A stretch of DNA of 64,000 bases from an uncultured bacterium (GTDB taxonomy: Bacteria > Krumholzibacteriota > Krumholzibacteriia > Krumholzibacteriales > Krumholzibacteriaceae): contig CAWBAN010000003.1 in NCBI GenBank assembly GCA_963786935.1, positions 256,001 through 320,000 on the forward strand. Direction: 5' to 3'. Within the stretch, counting starts at the first letter, position 1, and each line of letters starts with the position of its first letter. This document shows, in pieces, positions 51,996 through 60,932 of the stretch. Under the pieces are notes generated by a model. That model was not told where the DNA came from and ran no database searches. It saw only the letters and a program-made list of their open reading frames with translations. A program made the position numbers and the translations under genes.

Positions 51996-52430
51996 ATGTT
52001 AAAGCGAACGGCATTACTGGTTGTTGTCATGATGTGTGTCCTGGCTTCCGCCGGACTGGCGGCGGGACAGGATAATGTTCAGAAGTACTTCAACGACGCT
52101 GCGCGCGAAGTGAAGGCGGCGGCCGATCCGTCGCAGAAGCGCGAAATTCTCGACAATAAGATCGAGGATATGTCCAAGGCGCTGGGCACGGTTCGGAACT
52201 CGCGGCTCGTTTCGCAAGCCGATCGCGAGGGTCTCGATCGGCTCAACGCCTCCCTGCAGGAGAAACGGGACGAGCTCGCGGGCACGAACGGCTACGCGCG
52301 CGTTTCCGATGATCAGCTCAACGCATTCAGCGATTACGTCGTGCAGGACATGGAGCAGGCCGACCATACGATCACCATCGGCGTCGTCACGGCGCTCTTG
52401 ATCGTGATCATCATCATCCTTGTCGTCTAG
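51996..52430 (+). CDS. Small secreted helical protein with C-terminal hydrophobic anchor
   Basis: Signal peptide; ends TITIGVVTALLIVIIIILVV*. Confidence 0.75.
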   Translation: MLKRTALLVVVMMCVLASAGLAAGQDNVQKYFNDAAREVKAAADPSQKREILDNKIEDMSKALGTVRNSRLVSQADREGLDRLNASLQEKRDELAGTNGYARVSDDQLNAFSDYVVQDMEQADHTITIGVVTALLIVIIIILVV

Positions 52431-52464
52431 GTTCACTCTGTTGCAAGGATTTCGTGTGATTGGA

Positions 52465-53586
52465 ATGAACAGCTGTCTTAATCGAGCTTCTGCGAGCGCC
52501 ACGCGCGGGCACTCGGCGCACGTGGCGGGCGTCGCCTGCGCGGCGCTCGCGCTGTTGTTCTTTTCGTGCGGTTCCGTCCCTCCTGCCCGCCGCGCGATCT
52601 CGGCGGGAGACGAGGGCGGGATCAGTCCGCGCTATTCGATTGTATGTATCATTCATGGCGATGGCAACTATCTCTACCATGATTCCCGCGGCGACGCGCA
52701 CAGAGCCGACGAGGTGACTCTCGCAAAAGCGATAACGGTCGCGGAACGGAATACACAGGCGGAGATGTTCATTTTTCATGAAAGAAGCAGGAAGAATCTC
52801 ATACTCTTCATCCCTCGCCGCGACGGAACGTTATATTACTACCGATACGGCCGTCTCATCGCCGAAGAATCGTACTGGCGCGATCAGGGAGAATTTCGTT
52901 TCGATCCCGAAATGGAGCTTTATGACCGCTTTCGCGCGGCGGGATCGCCTGATCCCATAAGATTATTCCTGTACTTCGGCCATGAAATCCCCGAGATCGG
53001 CGGAGCCGGCTACGACGCGTCCTACAAGAGCAGAACGTTCAGGGTGGACGATCTCGCGGACGGATTGAAGCGGGTCACGCGCGATTCCACGAAGATCGAT
53101 CTTGTCGTGCTTTCCACATGTTTCGGCGGCACGCCGCACACCATCGCCGCGCTTGCTCCGTACGCGCGATACGTCATCACCTCTCCCGACAATCTTCATC
53201 TCTCGTACTTCGATCTCCGTCCCTTGGAACAACTGGATATCGCCCTACAGAATGGAGATGTGTCCGAGTTTGCCGATACGTTCGCTCGCCATGCGTTCGA
53301 CAAGCTGACGGAAGATATCCAGACGACGGTCACGGTCGCCGTATACGATGTGGATCGCGCTCGACCGTTTCTGCGCTCCACCGACGACATCTATGATCGC
53401 GCTCTCATCGCACTGGAAGGAAAAACGCCGGCATCCATCGAGCGTTGCGATTGCGCCGAAGATGCCTCATACGTGCTGCCCGGGATGCACGAGGGAATAA
53501 CGGTGCTCTATCGCTCGCCGCGTTTCGGACGTCTGCAGCACAAAGAGAGCCACTCGGGATGGGAATGCTGGAGGGTTTTGGAATGA
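52465..53586 (+). CDS. Hypothetical lipoprotein, possible clan CD (clostripain/CHAT-like) cysteine peptidase fold
   Basis: Lipobox-like FFSC; LFLYFGHE and DLVVLSTCFGG His/Cys strands; start uncertain. Confidence 0.5.
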   Translation: MNSCLNRASASATRGHSAHVAGVACAALALLFFSCGSVPPARRAISAGDEGGISPRYSIVCIIHGDGNYLYHDSRGDAHRADEVTLAKAITVAERNTQAEMFIFHERSRKNLILFIPRRDGTLYYYRYGRLIAEESYWRDQGEFRFDPEMELYDRFRAAGSPDPIRLFLYFGHEIPEIGGAGYDASYKSRTFRVDDLADGLKRVTRDSTKIDLVVLSTCFGGTPHTIAALAPYARYVITSPDNLHLSYFDLRPLEQLDIALQNGDVSEFADTFARHAFDKLTEDIQTTVTVAVYDVDRARPFLRSTDDIYDRALIALEGKTPASIERCDCAEDASYVLPGMHEGITVLYRSPRFGRLQHKESHSGWECWRVLE

Positions 53587-53614
53587 TCGGGCAGGGAAGT
53601 GGAAGGGGCGAAAC

Positions 53615-54325
53615 GTGAGACTGACAACACATTACTATGTTCTCGCCTTGGGCGAGCGAACGAGCAGGCTTTACGAGGCGTTCCGGGAAACGCTCATCGA
53701 TATTCAAAACAAGGGATTCCCGATCGAATCGTCGGCGGGCATGCGCGGTCCCGTCGATCAGGCGACCGGAGACGGGGGATTGCGGGAATTCATTCGCACG
53801 TCCGACCGGCATTTTGATCACTATTTCAAACAGGATCCGCTTCGATTGGTCGTGGTGGGTGAGAGAAAGCACCTGTCCATTTTTGACTCCGTAACGGCGC
53901 ATCGAGACGTGTTGGCGGGCAGAGCCGAGGGGGACTATGCCGCGACTTCTACGCATGATTTGGGTAAGATCGTTTGGGCGATCGTCAAGAAGGTTTTGGC
54001 TGGTACCGGCCAGAGAGCGATGTGTGACCTGGAAGCGGCAGAAGGCAGGCAGAACGTCGTATCCGGAATCGATGCGGTGGCGCATGTGGCGGGCTCCGGG
54101 ACGGGCGGCACCTTGTTTGTCGACGAAGATTATCATGTGAAGGGCGGCATTCGCGAAACGGATCATTCGCTCATCGGGGCGGATAATTTGGACATACAGG
54201 AGAGTGTCGATGATGCAGTAGATGCCATCATCGCAAAGGTGTTGGGAAAAGATGGAAACGTGGTTTTCCGGGCAGGCGGCTCATTGGAGCGGTTTCATAG
54301 AATCGCTCTCGTTGCCGCCGGCTGA
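53615..54325 (+). CDS. baeRF3/Balon-like aeRF1-superfamily protein, apparently lacking the N-terminal domain
   Basis: YYVLAL...RLYEA...GFP; LVVVG; TLFVDEDY; DDAVDAII.KVL.KDG.VVF...IAL; 236 aa; no GGQ. Confidence 0.72.
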   Translation: MRLTTHYYVLALGERTSRLYEAFRETLIDIQNKGFPIESSAGMRGPVDQATGDGGLREFIRTSDRHFDHYFKQDPLRLVVVGERKHLSIFDSVTAHRDVLAGRAEGDYAATSTHDLGKIVWAIVKKVLAGTGQRAMCDLEAAEGRQNVVSGIDAVAHVAGSGTGGTLFVDEDYHVKGGIRETDHSLIGADNLDIQESVDDAVDAIIAKVLGKDGNVVFRAGGSLERFHRIALVAAG

Positions 54326-54369
54326 TTGCTCAACTGCAGAAAACATATCGATGCGGAGGAGGTTTGAAA

Positions 54370-54516
54370 ATGCTTTGGACCATAGGAGTCATACTATTGA
54401 TTCTCTGGTTGCTCGGGTTGATCACCGCGCACACATTTGGCGGAATCATTCACGTTCTCTTGGTTATCGCGCTCGTGGTGATAGTCATTCGTCTTCTTCA
54501 AGGTCGGCGCATATAG
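54370..54516 (+). CDS. lmo0937 family (DUF5670) small membrane protein; absent from ORF track
   Basis: MLWTIGVILLILWLLGLITAHTFGGIIHVLLVIALVVIVIRLLQGRRI*; SD GGAGGAGG. Confidence 0.9.
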   Translation: MLWTIGVILLILWLLGLITAHTFGGIIHVLLVIALVVIVIRLLQGRRI

Positions 54517-54530
54517 CGCCGCCGGGAAAG

Positions 54531-54552
54531 CCGTCGCGCCACGGCGCGACGG
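54531..54552. other. GC-rich inverted repeat between operon genes
   Basis: CCGTCGCGCC-AC-GGCGCGACGG perfect stem, no U-tract. Confidence 0.4.
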
Positions 54553-54617
54553 GCCGGCGCAGTCGTTGCTGCCGGGAACTTGTTCGCCCCGTAGTCTTTT
54601 ATCATGGAGGATATGAC

Positions 54618-55265
54618 ATGAGGATTTCTCGAATCATTCGAATCGTTCTTGCCGCCGCTCTCGGCCTGTGTTTCGCGCTGCCGTCCGCGGCTCAGTATAT
54701 CGGGGTCCTGCAGTCCGCTGAGACGATGGAACGCGGCACCTTCAAGCTCATGGCTGCCCCGATCATGGTATTCGGCAAGGAAGGATCAGACGATGAGCTC
54801 GGGCTCGCGCTTCGCGGAGGTTACGCGTTCACCGAGCACTTCGACGCCGAAGCCAAGCTGGGCTTCTTCGATAATGGTACGTTCATCGGGGTGGACGGCG
54901 AGTATTGGATCTATCGGGGATCGGAACAGGACAGGACGACCGGCTTCGATTTCTCGTTGACGGGAGGCCTCCACTACATAGTCGCGAGCGATAACGGTCT
55001 CGACGTCATGGGGCTCGAGATCACGCCGGAGCTGAGCGGGCATATAACCCCGAACCTGGAGCTGTATGCCGCTCTGGATGTCTCGCTCGAGTCGATCCAG
55101 GATGCCCCGCCGATGGCCGACGATTCGTTCACGAGATTGCACCTCGTGCCCGGAATCGAGTATCGCCTGTCCGATACATTTGACCTGATCGCCGAGTTCG
55201 GTATCGGGCTCAACGACGACTCGTTCCATTATGTGGGCGCCGGCATCGCTTTCTATATCCGCTGA
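54618..55265 (+). CDS. Outer-membrane beta-barrel protein
   Basis: SD GGAGG; signal peptide; alternating strands; ends YVGAGIAFYIR. Confidence 0.75.
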   Translation: MRISRIIRIVLAAALGLCFALPSAAQYIGVLQSAETMERGTFKLMAAPIMVFGKEGSDDELGLALRGGYAFTEHFDAEAKLGFFDNGTFIGVDGEYWIYRGSEQDRTTGFDFSLTGGLHYIVASDNGLDVMGLEITPELSGHITPNLELYAALDVSLESIQDAPPMADDSFTRLHLVPGIEYRLSDTFDLIAEFGIGLNDDSFHYVGAGIAFYIR

Positions 55266-55285
55266 TAATGAGGGGAGATGATTCG

Positions 55286-55507
55286 ATGAGCACGGTAAGG
55301 ATTACGGCAATCGTATTGATCGTGGCCGGCATCATCGGTCTCGTGTATGGCAAGTTCGGCTACATCAAGGAGACCCACAAAGCCGATCTGGGTTCGATTC
55401 AGCTTTCGGTTCAGGAAAAGCACTCTGTCAACGTCCCCCTCTGGGCCGGCGTGGGGATGATAGTGCTCGGCGGCGCTCTTTTGGTCATGCCGCGCAAGAA
55501 GAGCTAG
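55286..55507 (+). CDS. Small two-TM membrane protein (DUF3185-like)
   Basis: LIVAGIIGLVYG...ADLGSIQLSVQEK..VNVPLWAGVG..VLGGALL. Confidence 0.75.
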   Translation: MSTVRITAIVLIVAGIIGLVYGKFGYIKETHKADLGSIQLSVQEKHSVNVPLWAGVGMIVLGGALLVMPRKKS

Positions 55508-55633
55508 CTCTTGTATTGCTTCCCTGCTATATTTTTGCCGGACCAACAGTGTCGAGGTGTGCCAGGATCTCGATCGCATCGTAATCCCGGCGCTGCAGCG
55601 AGTGATGTATTTCTTGAGTCGGGAGGGCGTTTG

Positions 55634-56776
55634 ATGAAGAAGTGCGCCGCACCATTGATTTCGATGTGTCTCGCGCTGATGCTCGCCGTCCCGGCGGCTT
55701 TCGCGGCGAGCCGGACGAGCCCGCTGATCATCGACCATACGTGTACCAGCCTCGGCGGAATTCCGCCGGCCCGGATTGATTCTGCGCAGGCTGCCATGAA
55801 GTGGCAATATGCGAGCACTTCGGATGGTGAGCAGATTCGGTATGGGCTTGATTCTCTTGAATTGTGGTCTTCAGCCTATGATGTGGAGTTGGGGGAGAAG
55901 TACTTGCCTGGCGTGGCTGGCGCTCTGAACAATTTCTTTGGCAATGAAGCCACGACGTATGTCGAGCCGGAGCAGTACTGGGCGACGGCCGAGGGGATGG
56001 ACTTGACGCGCGACGTATTGCGCCGCAATCCCACGATCAACGTTTCGACTTTTGCGTGGTGCACGCAGCTGTCGAGCGCGGATGAAGCATACGTGCAGGC
56101 GTATCTCGATTCGATGACGAAGCTCGAGCAGGAGTTTCCCGGCGTGACCTTCGTCTATATGACGAGCAACGCGCGGTCGGAAGGCGCAGCGGAGAATCGG
56201 TCTCTCAGAAACAAACAGATACGGGATTACTGCATCGCCAACAACAAGGTGCTCTATGATTTCGAGGAGCTTGACTGCTCGTGGTTCAATCCCGATACCC
56301 AGCTGTGGGAGTATTACACCATCACGGATTATTGGGGCGATGTATGGCCGGTTCGACATCCGCAGTACGCCCTGGAAGAAATAATCGCTCATACGACCTG
56401 GGAAAACTGCAGACAGAAGGCGAAGGCCATGTGGTGGCTCATGGCGCGCCTCGCCGGCTGGGACGAAGCGACTACCGGCGTCGATGGCGCCGCGACGCCT
56501 CCCACCTCTCTAGCCCAGAACTTCCCCAATCCGTTCAACCCGGCGACGAGAATCTCGTTCGAGCTGAGTGAGCCGGCGAGCGTCTCGCTCAGGATCTACG
56601 ACGCGACGGGGCGCCTCGTGCGCGTCCTCGCCGAGGGCGACCGCGCCGCAGGCACCCATGCGGAGCTCTGGGACGGCAGGAATGGCGGCGGCGCCTCCGT
56701 CGCGAGCGGGATCTATTTTTGCCGGCTCACCGCAGGGGCGTTCAGCGAAACTCGCAAGATGATCCTCGTGAAGTAG
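55634..56776 (+). CDS. Secreted protein with C-terminal FlgD-Ig/T9SS-like domain
   Basis: Signal peptide; IIDHTC, FAWC, YL..M..LEQEFPGVTFVYMT, IRDYC..N.KVLYDF, KAKAMWWLMARLAGW; LAQNFPNPFNP...RKMILVK. Confidence 0.82.
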   Translation: MKKCAAPLISMCLALMLAVPAAFAASRTSPLIIDHTCTSLGGIPPARIDSAQAAMKWQYASTSDGEQIRYGLDSLELWSSAYDVELGEKYLPGVAGALNNFFGNEATTYVEPEQYWATAEGMDLTRDVLRRNPTINVSTFAWCTQLSSADEAYVQAYLDSMTKLEQEFPGVTFVYMTSNARSEGAAENRSLRNKQIRDYCIANNKVLYDFEELDCSWFNPDTQLWEYYTITDYWGDVWPVRHPQYALEEIIAHTTWENCRQKAKAMWWLMARLAGWDEATTGVDGAATPPTSLAQNFPNPFNPATRISFELSEPASVSLRIYDATGRLVRVLAEGDRAAGTHAELWDGRNGGGASVASGIYFCRLTAGAFSETRKMILVK

Positions 56777-56821
56777 GCGCTCCGCGAAAACGGATCATAA
56801 CGGGAAGGTGCGGACCAAGTT

Positions 56822-56956
56822 GCCCGCGCCACGAGAAGTCCGAAATACAAAGACCGCGAGGTGAACGCCGGAGACGTGCATGACGCGACCCTGAGCGCCC
56901 TCGGCCGCGCCTATGCCATCGTGGTCGACACCGAAACGTTTTGTGCGACCGGTTGA
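56822..56956 (+). pseudogene. Remnant 3' end of a cysteine hydrolase gene, paralogous to 42141-42275
   Basis: ARATRSPKYKDREVNAGDVHDATLSALGRAYAIVVDTETFCATG* vs ACATRNLKYKDREVSAADVHAATLATLDRTYATVVDTETFLAAGG; 28/135 nt mismatches; in-frame TAA at 56798 with no start before the homologous part. Confidence 0.85.
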
Positions 56957-56998
56957 GCGTCTCTCGAGCGAGCAGGAGTGGCGTGCCGTAGGCGCGGT

Positions 56999-59209
56999 CT
57001 AGCGCGCGAGTATCATCTTCTTCGAATCCCCGCCCGTGCCGGTGTCGAGCCGGCAGATGTACACACCCGATGCGACCGCCCGGCCCCGGCTATCCAATCC
57101 GTTCCAGACGAGGCGATGGCGGCCGGCTTCGAATGAGCCGTCGGCGAGCGTCGCGACGCGCCGTCCGAGAACGTCGTATATTTCCACGCGGACGCGGCCT
57201 CGAGCGGCCAGATCGAACGCGACGACGGTCGACGGATTGAAGGGATTCGGGTAGTTCGAGAGAATCGCCGTGCGCGCGGGAAGCGGGAGCACGGAGGCGT
57301 CCGTGACGGCGGGACGCCGGATCTCGTTCATGAACCACTGCGCGCCCTCGGCGGATATCGTGACGTGCTCCTGATTCGTCGAGGGGAAATAGATCGTGTC
57401 GAACGGCGTGTGCGTCATGACGGCGGGATCCCCGTCGATGTCGTACCACAGGTCATCGGTGTCGAGGTCGAGGGCGCTGATCGTCGGAATGAAGCAGTGG
57501 TTCGGATGCAAAGCGACGATGTCGCCGTAGGGCGCCTGTGTCGTATCCATCTGATACATCGAGTTCCGCCATCCGCCCGGCGCGCCGTCGAGGGGGCGCG
57601 TGCCCGATGCCGTGACCTGCATGGATCGGTCGGGGAACGGCCAGATGAGGTTGATCAGGCCGTTGAAGATCATCGTGCTCGTTCCGTTCGGCACCGCCCA
57701 GACGTTGCCCGTCATGTCGACGAGGAAGCTCTCGTACTCGTAGCGGATGAGCTGCGCGCCCGGCGCAAATCCCTGATCCGCGCCGGCGCCGCTCCCGTTC
57801 GCCACCGCGACGAGGCGCGGTTCCTGCGGGTAGCCGCCTGCCGCGGCGAGATCGGCGAGAAACGCCGCGCGCAGCGGATCCGCCGCGGGGCCCGGGGACG
57901 GCGGATCGGTATGGTGGTAGAGGAGCATCTGCCGGGCCGCCGGCGTGTCGAGCCGCGAGAGGAGAAAGGCCGCCGACTCCGACTCGCTCGCGAAGAACTG
58001 CATCCAGTATTGCACGCCGAGGGGGATATTCGCGCCCCGCTGGGGACCGTCGAACGAAATGAAGGCGCGTGCGCGATGCCCGATCCCCTCATGTTCCATG
58101 TAGGCGAGCGCATAGCGCCCGGCGAGCCCGCCCATGCTTGCGCCGACGAGCGCGACGTCCGTCGCCGGATCGATCATGCCGAGGACCTGCTGGACGAGCT
58201 CGACGATCGCGTACGCGTTCCGCTGCATATAATCGGTCGCATCCGTGAAATTGAGGAGGACGAGATCGTACCCTTCCGCGGCGAGCGAGTCGGCGAGGCC
58301 CTGCTGGTTCAGGAGCTGGAAGAGCTCGTCCCAGTTCATCGTGTTGTCGAGATCGAAGCCCTCGATCACGATGACCGGGTCCGTGATCTGCGCGTTGAGC
58401 GGGGAGAGGCGGACGTATGCTTCTCCGGTGCCCGCCGTGCCGCCGTACGGGATCGAGGCGGTGACAGCGAGCGTGTCGTCCGGAAGCGGCGTTTCGAGAT
58501 GCTCGACGTGGAACGGGAACGCGGCCGTGAGTGTCGTGCCGTCATCGAGCGTTGCGCGGAGCGAGATGCGCTTCGCGCCCGCGCTCGTGTAGAAAACGAC
58601 CGCGTCGGCTCCCGGCTCGATCGTCCGCGCGCCCGCGCCGTCGTCGAAATCGGCCTCGATCGATCCAAGCGCCGCGCCGTCGTTCGTCACGTACCAGCGG
58701 TCGTCGAACGAAAACACGACGCGCGCCCCCCGGTGCGTGCGCTCTCGCAGCGCGCAGGCGGCGAATGCCCGTGCGGCGCGATACGGATTCCCGCCCGTTT
58801 CCTCGACACGGCCGCCGCGCACCGCGAGAAGCCCGCGCTCGAAGGCGTCTTCCCGAATGCGGTCGTATCGCATGTTGAGCATGGCGACGGGGACGCGCTC
58901 CGCTCCCGCGGCCTCGAGCGCGCCGGCGCGAAACGCGCGGAAGGGCGCGAGCGGCGTTTCGTCCGCCGCGCGCCGGAGCTCGTCGTAGATCTGCCCCCAG
59001 AGCGCCGTGCCCGCGGCGAACCTGTCCGACCGACCGTCAAAGCGTTCGATTCCCGAAAGGGGCAGCACGCGATCGTAGAGAATGCCGGACTGAGTCCCGG
59101 CGCCCGCGAGGAGCGCGCGCATATCGGCGGGTGTATCGGGAGCTGCCGCGGCCGGCGGCCCGGCGGCGAGAATGGCGAACGCAATCAGCGGTACGGCGAA
59201 ACGGCGCAT
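56999..59209 (-). CDS. Secreted alpha/beta-hydrolase (lipase/esterase-like) with FlgD-Ig/T9SS-like C-terminal domain
   Basis: Signal peptide; VIEGFD, VGASMGGL, FDGPQRGANIPLG, NQEHV; SNYPNPFNP...KKMILAR. Confidence 0.85.
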   Translation of the reverse strand: MRRFAVPLIAFAILAAGPPAAAAPDTPADMRALLAGAGTQSGILYDRVLPLSGIERFDGRSDRFAAGTALWGQIYDELRRAADETPLAPFRAFRAGALEAAGAERVPVAMLNMRYDRIREDAFERGLLAVRGGRVEETGGNPYRAARAFAACALRERTHRGARVVFSFDDRWYVTNDGAALGSIEADFDDGAGARTIEPGADAVVFYTSAGAKRISLRATLDDGTTLTAAFPFHVEHLETPLPDDTLAVTASIPYGGTAGTGEAYVRLSPLNAQITDPVIVIEGFDLDNTMNWDELFQLLNQQGLADSLAAEGYDLVLLNFTDATDYMQRNAYAIVELVQQVLGMIDPATDVALVGASMGGLAGRYALAYMEHEGIGHRARAFISFDGPQRGANIPLGVQYWMQFFASESESAAFLLSRLDTPAARQMLLYHHTDPPSPGPAADPLRAAFLADLAAAGGYPQEPRLVAVANGSGAGADQGFAPGAQLIRYEYESFLVDMTGNVWAVPNGTSTMIFNGLINLIWPFPDRSMQVTASGTRPLDGAPGGWRNSMYQMDTTQAPYGDIVALHPNHCFIPTISALDLDTDDLWYDIDGDPAVMTHTPFDTIYFPSTNQEHVTISAEGAQWFMNEIRRPAVTDASVLPLPARTAILSNYPNPFNPSTVVAFDLAARGRVRVEIYDVLGRRVATLADGSFEAGRHRLVWNGLDSRGRAVASGVYICRLDTGTGGDSKKMILAR

Positions 59210-59244
59210 GTTGTCCCCTCCTTGCGGCGTAACGATATGCTTCC

Positions 59245-59273
59245 ATTATAGCACAGGGGGAGCGATTTCGAAA
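59245..59273 (-). promoter_or_regulatory. Putative sigma70 promoter
   Basis: Minus strand TTTCGA, 17 bp, TG-C-TATAAT; SD AAGGAGG before ATG 59209. Confidence 0.55.
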
Positions 59274-59333
59274 CGAAGTGAGCGCGGGCACGCACGTGCG
59301 CCGGAGGAGCCGGTCGCGCGGAAGCGGCTGCGA

Positions 59334-59753
59334 TCAGGCGGAATTCGTCGGCTGCTTCTTCGGCGCCGCGTCCGCTTTCACCTGCGCGAGCAGCCACTGC
59401 CGCGCTTCCTCGACCGTGTGGAAGATGCGCACGTCTATTCCCATGCCGACGGCCACGTTGACGCCGAATTCGTTCTTGATGTAATCGTGCTCGGAATTCG
59501 CGTCAACGTAAGCGATCCGCTTCACGTCGCGCTCGGCGTGCTCGCTCGACAGCGAAACGACGTCGAAGATCTTCTTCAGATCGAGGCTGGGCCCCTTCAG
59601 ATTCTCCTCGATGAGAACCACGGGGCATTTGCGCCGGGCGCAGGTCTCCCGAACCTTCATCAGGTACTCGAAAATGGTCTCGGGCCGATTCTCACCCGTA
59701 GCGGTCACGTGGAGATACCCCTCCTTCTCCTCGACTTGAAAAGTGAGAGCCAT
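59334..59753 (-). CDS. Hypothetical protein, STAS/SpoIIAA-like
   Basis: YLHVTATG, VLIEE, RIAYVD, F..NVAV..G..VRIF.TVEEA.QWL; SD AAGGAGG. Confidence 0.65.
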   Translation of the reverse strand: MALTFQVEEKEGYLHVTATGENRPETIFEYLMKVRETCARRKCPVVLIEENLKGPSLDLKKIFDVVSLSSEHAERDVKRIAYVDANSEHDYIKNEFGVNVAVGMGIDVRIFHTVEEARQWLLAQVKADAAPKKQPTNSA

Positions 59754-59853
59754 AAGGGCAGCCTCCTTGTGAACGCTTTGATCCGCAGCGAGGTGAGCGA
59801 TTCCTATGATAGGGCAAACCGGCGCAATTTGAAATGGTTATTTTCGACTGGCT

Positions 59854-60906
59854 CTATTCCTGCGGCCTGACGATCACCTTGATCGATTTTCGCCCGTCCG
59901 CCACGAGGTGAAAGCCGCGCGCCGTCTCTTCGAGCGGCAGGCGGTGGGTGATCATGTCGTTCACCTCGACGCGGCGGGCCCGGAGGAGTTCGATCGCCCG
60001 CGCGGTGTCGACGGGAGGGGCCGCGTAGGTCGCTACGATCGAGATCTGGTCGCGCCAGACCTCGGCGAGCGGGAACGGCACGGTCGTTCCCGGCGCGTGC
60101 GGCGCGAAGAGGAGCACCGTCCCGCCGCGGTCGACCGAGCGGAACGCCTGCTCGACGACGCTCTCCGTCCCGGCGCACGTGACGACGAGATCGAAGAGCC
60201 GGCCGTCGTTCAACGACGCGAGCTTCTGCGGCGCGGCGTTCTTCGCCGGGAGCGCGGCGTCGGCTCCGAAGCGCTTCGCCGCGGCGAGCCGGAAGTTGTC
60301 GATGTCGGTCGAGACGATCGTCCCCGCCCCGAGCGCGGCGAGCGCCTTGATGAAGAGGAGCCCCGAGATGCCGCTCCCGAGGACGAGCGCGCTCGCGCCC
60401 GGCCGGAACCGCGCGACGCCGAGGCCCCGCAGGACGCACGCGAGCGGCTCGATGAACGTTCCCTCGTCGAAGGATATCTCGTCGGGTATGACGAAGGTGC
60501 CCCGGTCGACGTTGATCGCCGGCACGCGGACGTATTCGCAGAATCCGCCCGGATCGAAGTTCGTCGTGCGGAGCGTGTCGCAGAGGGAGTACTGCCCGGC
60601 GAGGCAGTATCGGCAGGCGTTGCACGGCACGTGGTGCGCGGCCGTGACGCGGTCGCCTTCGCGGAACCGCTTCACGTTCTTCCCGGCCTTCGCGACGATG
60701 CCCGCGATCTCGTGCCCGAGCACGAGGGGCGCCTTCGCGAGGCGGTACCACTCCATCACGTCGCTGCCGCAGATGCCGCTCGATTCGATGCGGATGAGGA
60801 GCTCGTCGTCCCCCGTCTTCGGGATCGGCCGCTCCTCGATGCGGACGTCCTGATTGCTGTAATAGACCGCCGCGCGCATCGTTTCCCGCTTCGGCTGTTT
60901 CTTCAT
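59854..60906 (-). CDS. Zn-dependent alcohol/polyol dehydrogenase (MDR family)
   Basis: GICGSD, LGHE, CNACRYC..G..SLC, IEPLAC, LGSGISG, ITHRLPL; alternative start 60879. Confidence 0.92.
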   Translation of the reverse strand: MKKQPKRETMRAAVYYSNQDVRIEERPIPKTGDDELLIRIESSGICGSDVMEWYRLAKAPLVLGHEIAGIVAKAGKNVKRFREGDRVTAAHHVPCNACRYCLAGQYSLCDTLRTTNFDPGGFCEYVRVPAINVDRGTFVIPDEISFDEGTFIEPLACVLRGLGVARFRPGASALVLGSGISGLLFIKALAALGAGTIVSTDIDNFRLAAAKRFGADAALPAKNAAPQKLASLNDGRLFDLVVTCAGTESVVEQAFRSVDRGGTVLLFAPHAPGTTVPFPLAEVWRDQISIVATYAAPPVDTARAIELLRARRVEVNDMITHRLPLEETARGFHLVADGRKSIKVIVRPQE

Positions 60907-60932
60907 GGGAAGGCGCCTCCCGCGCGGCGGCG

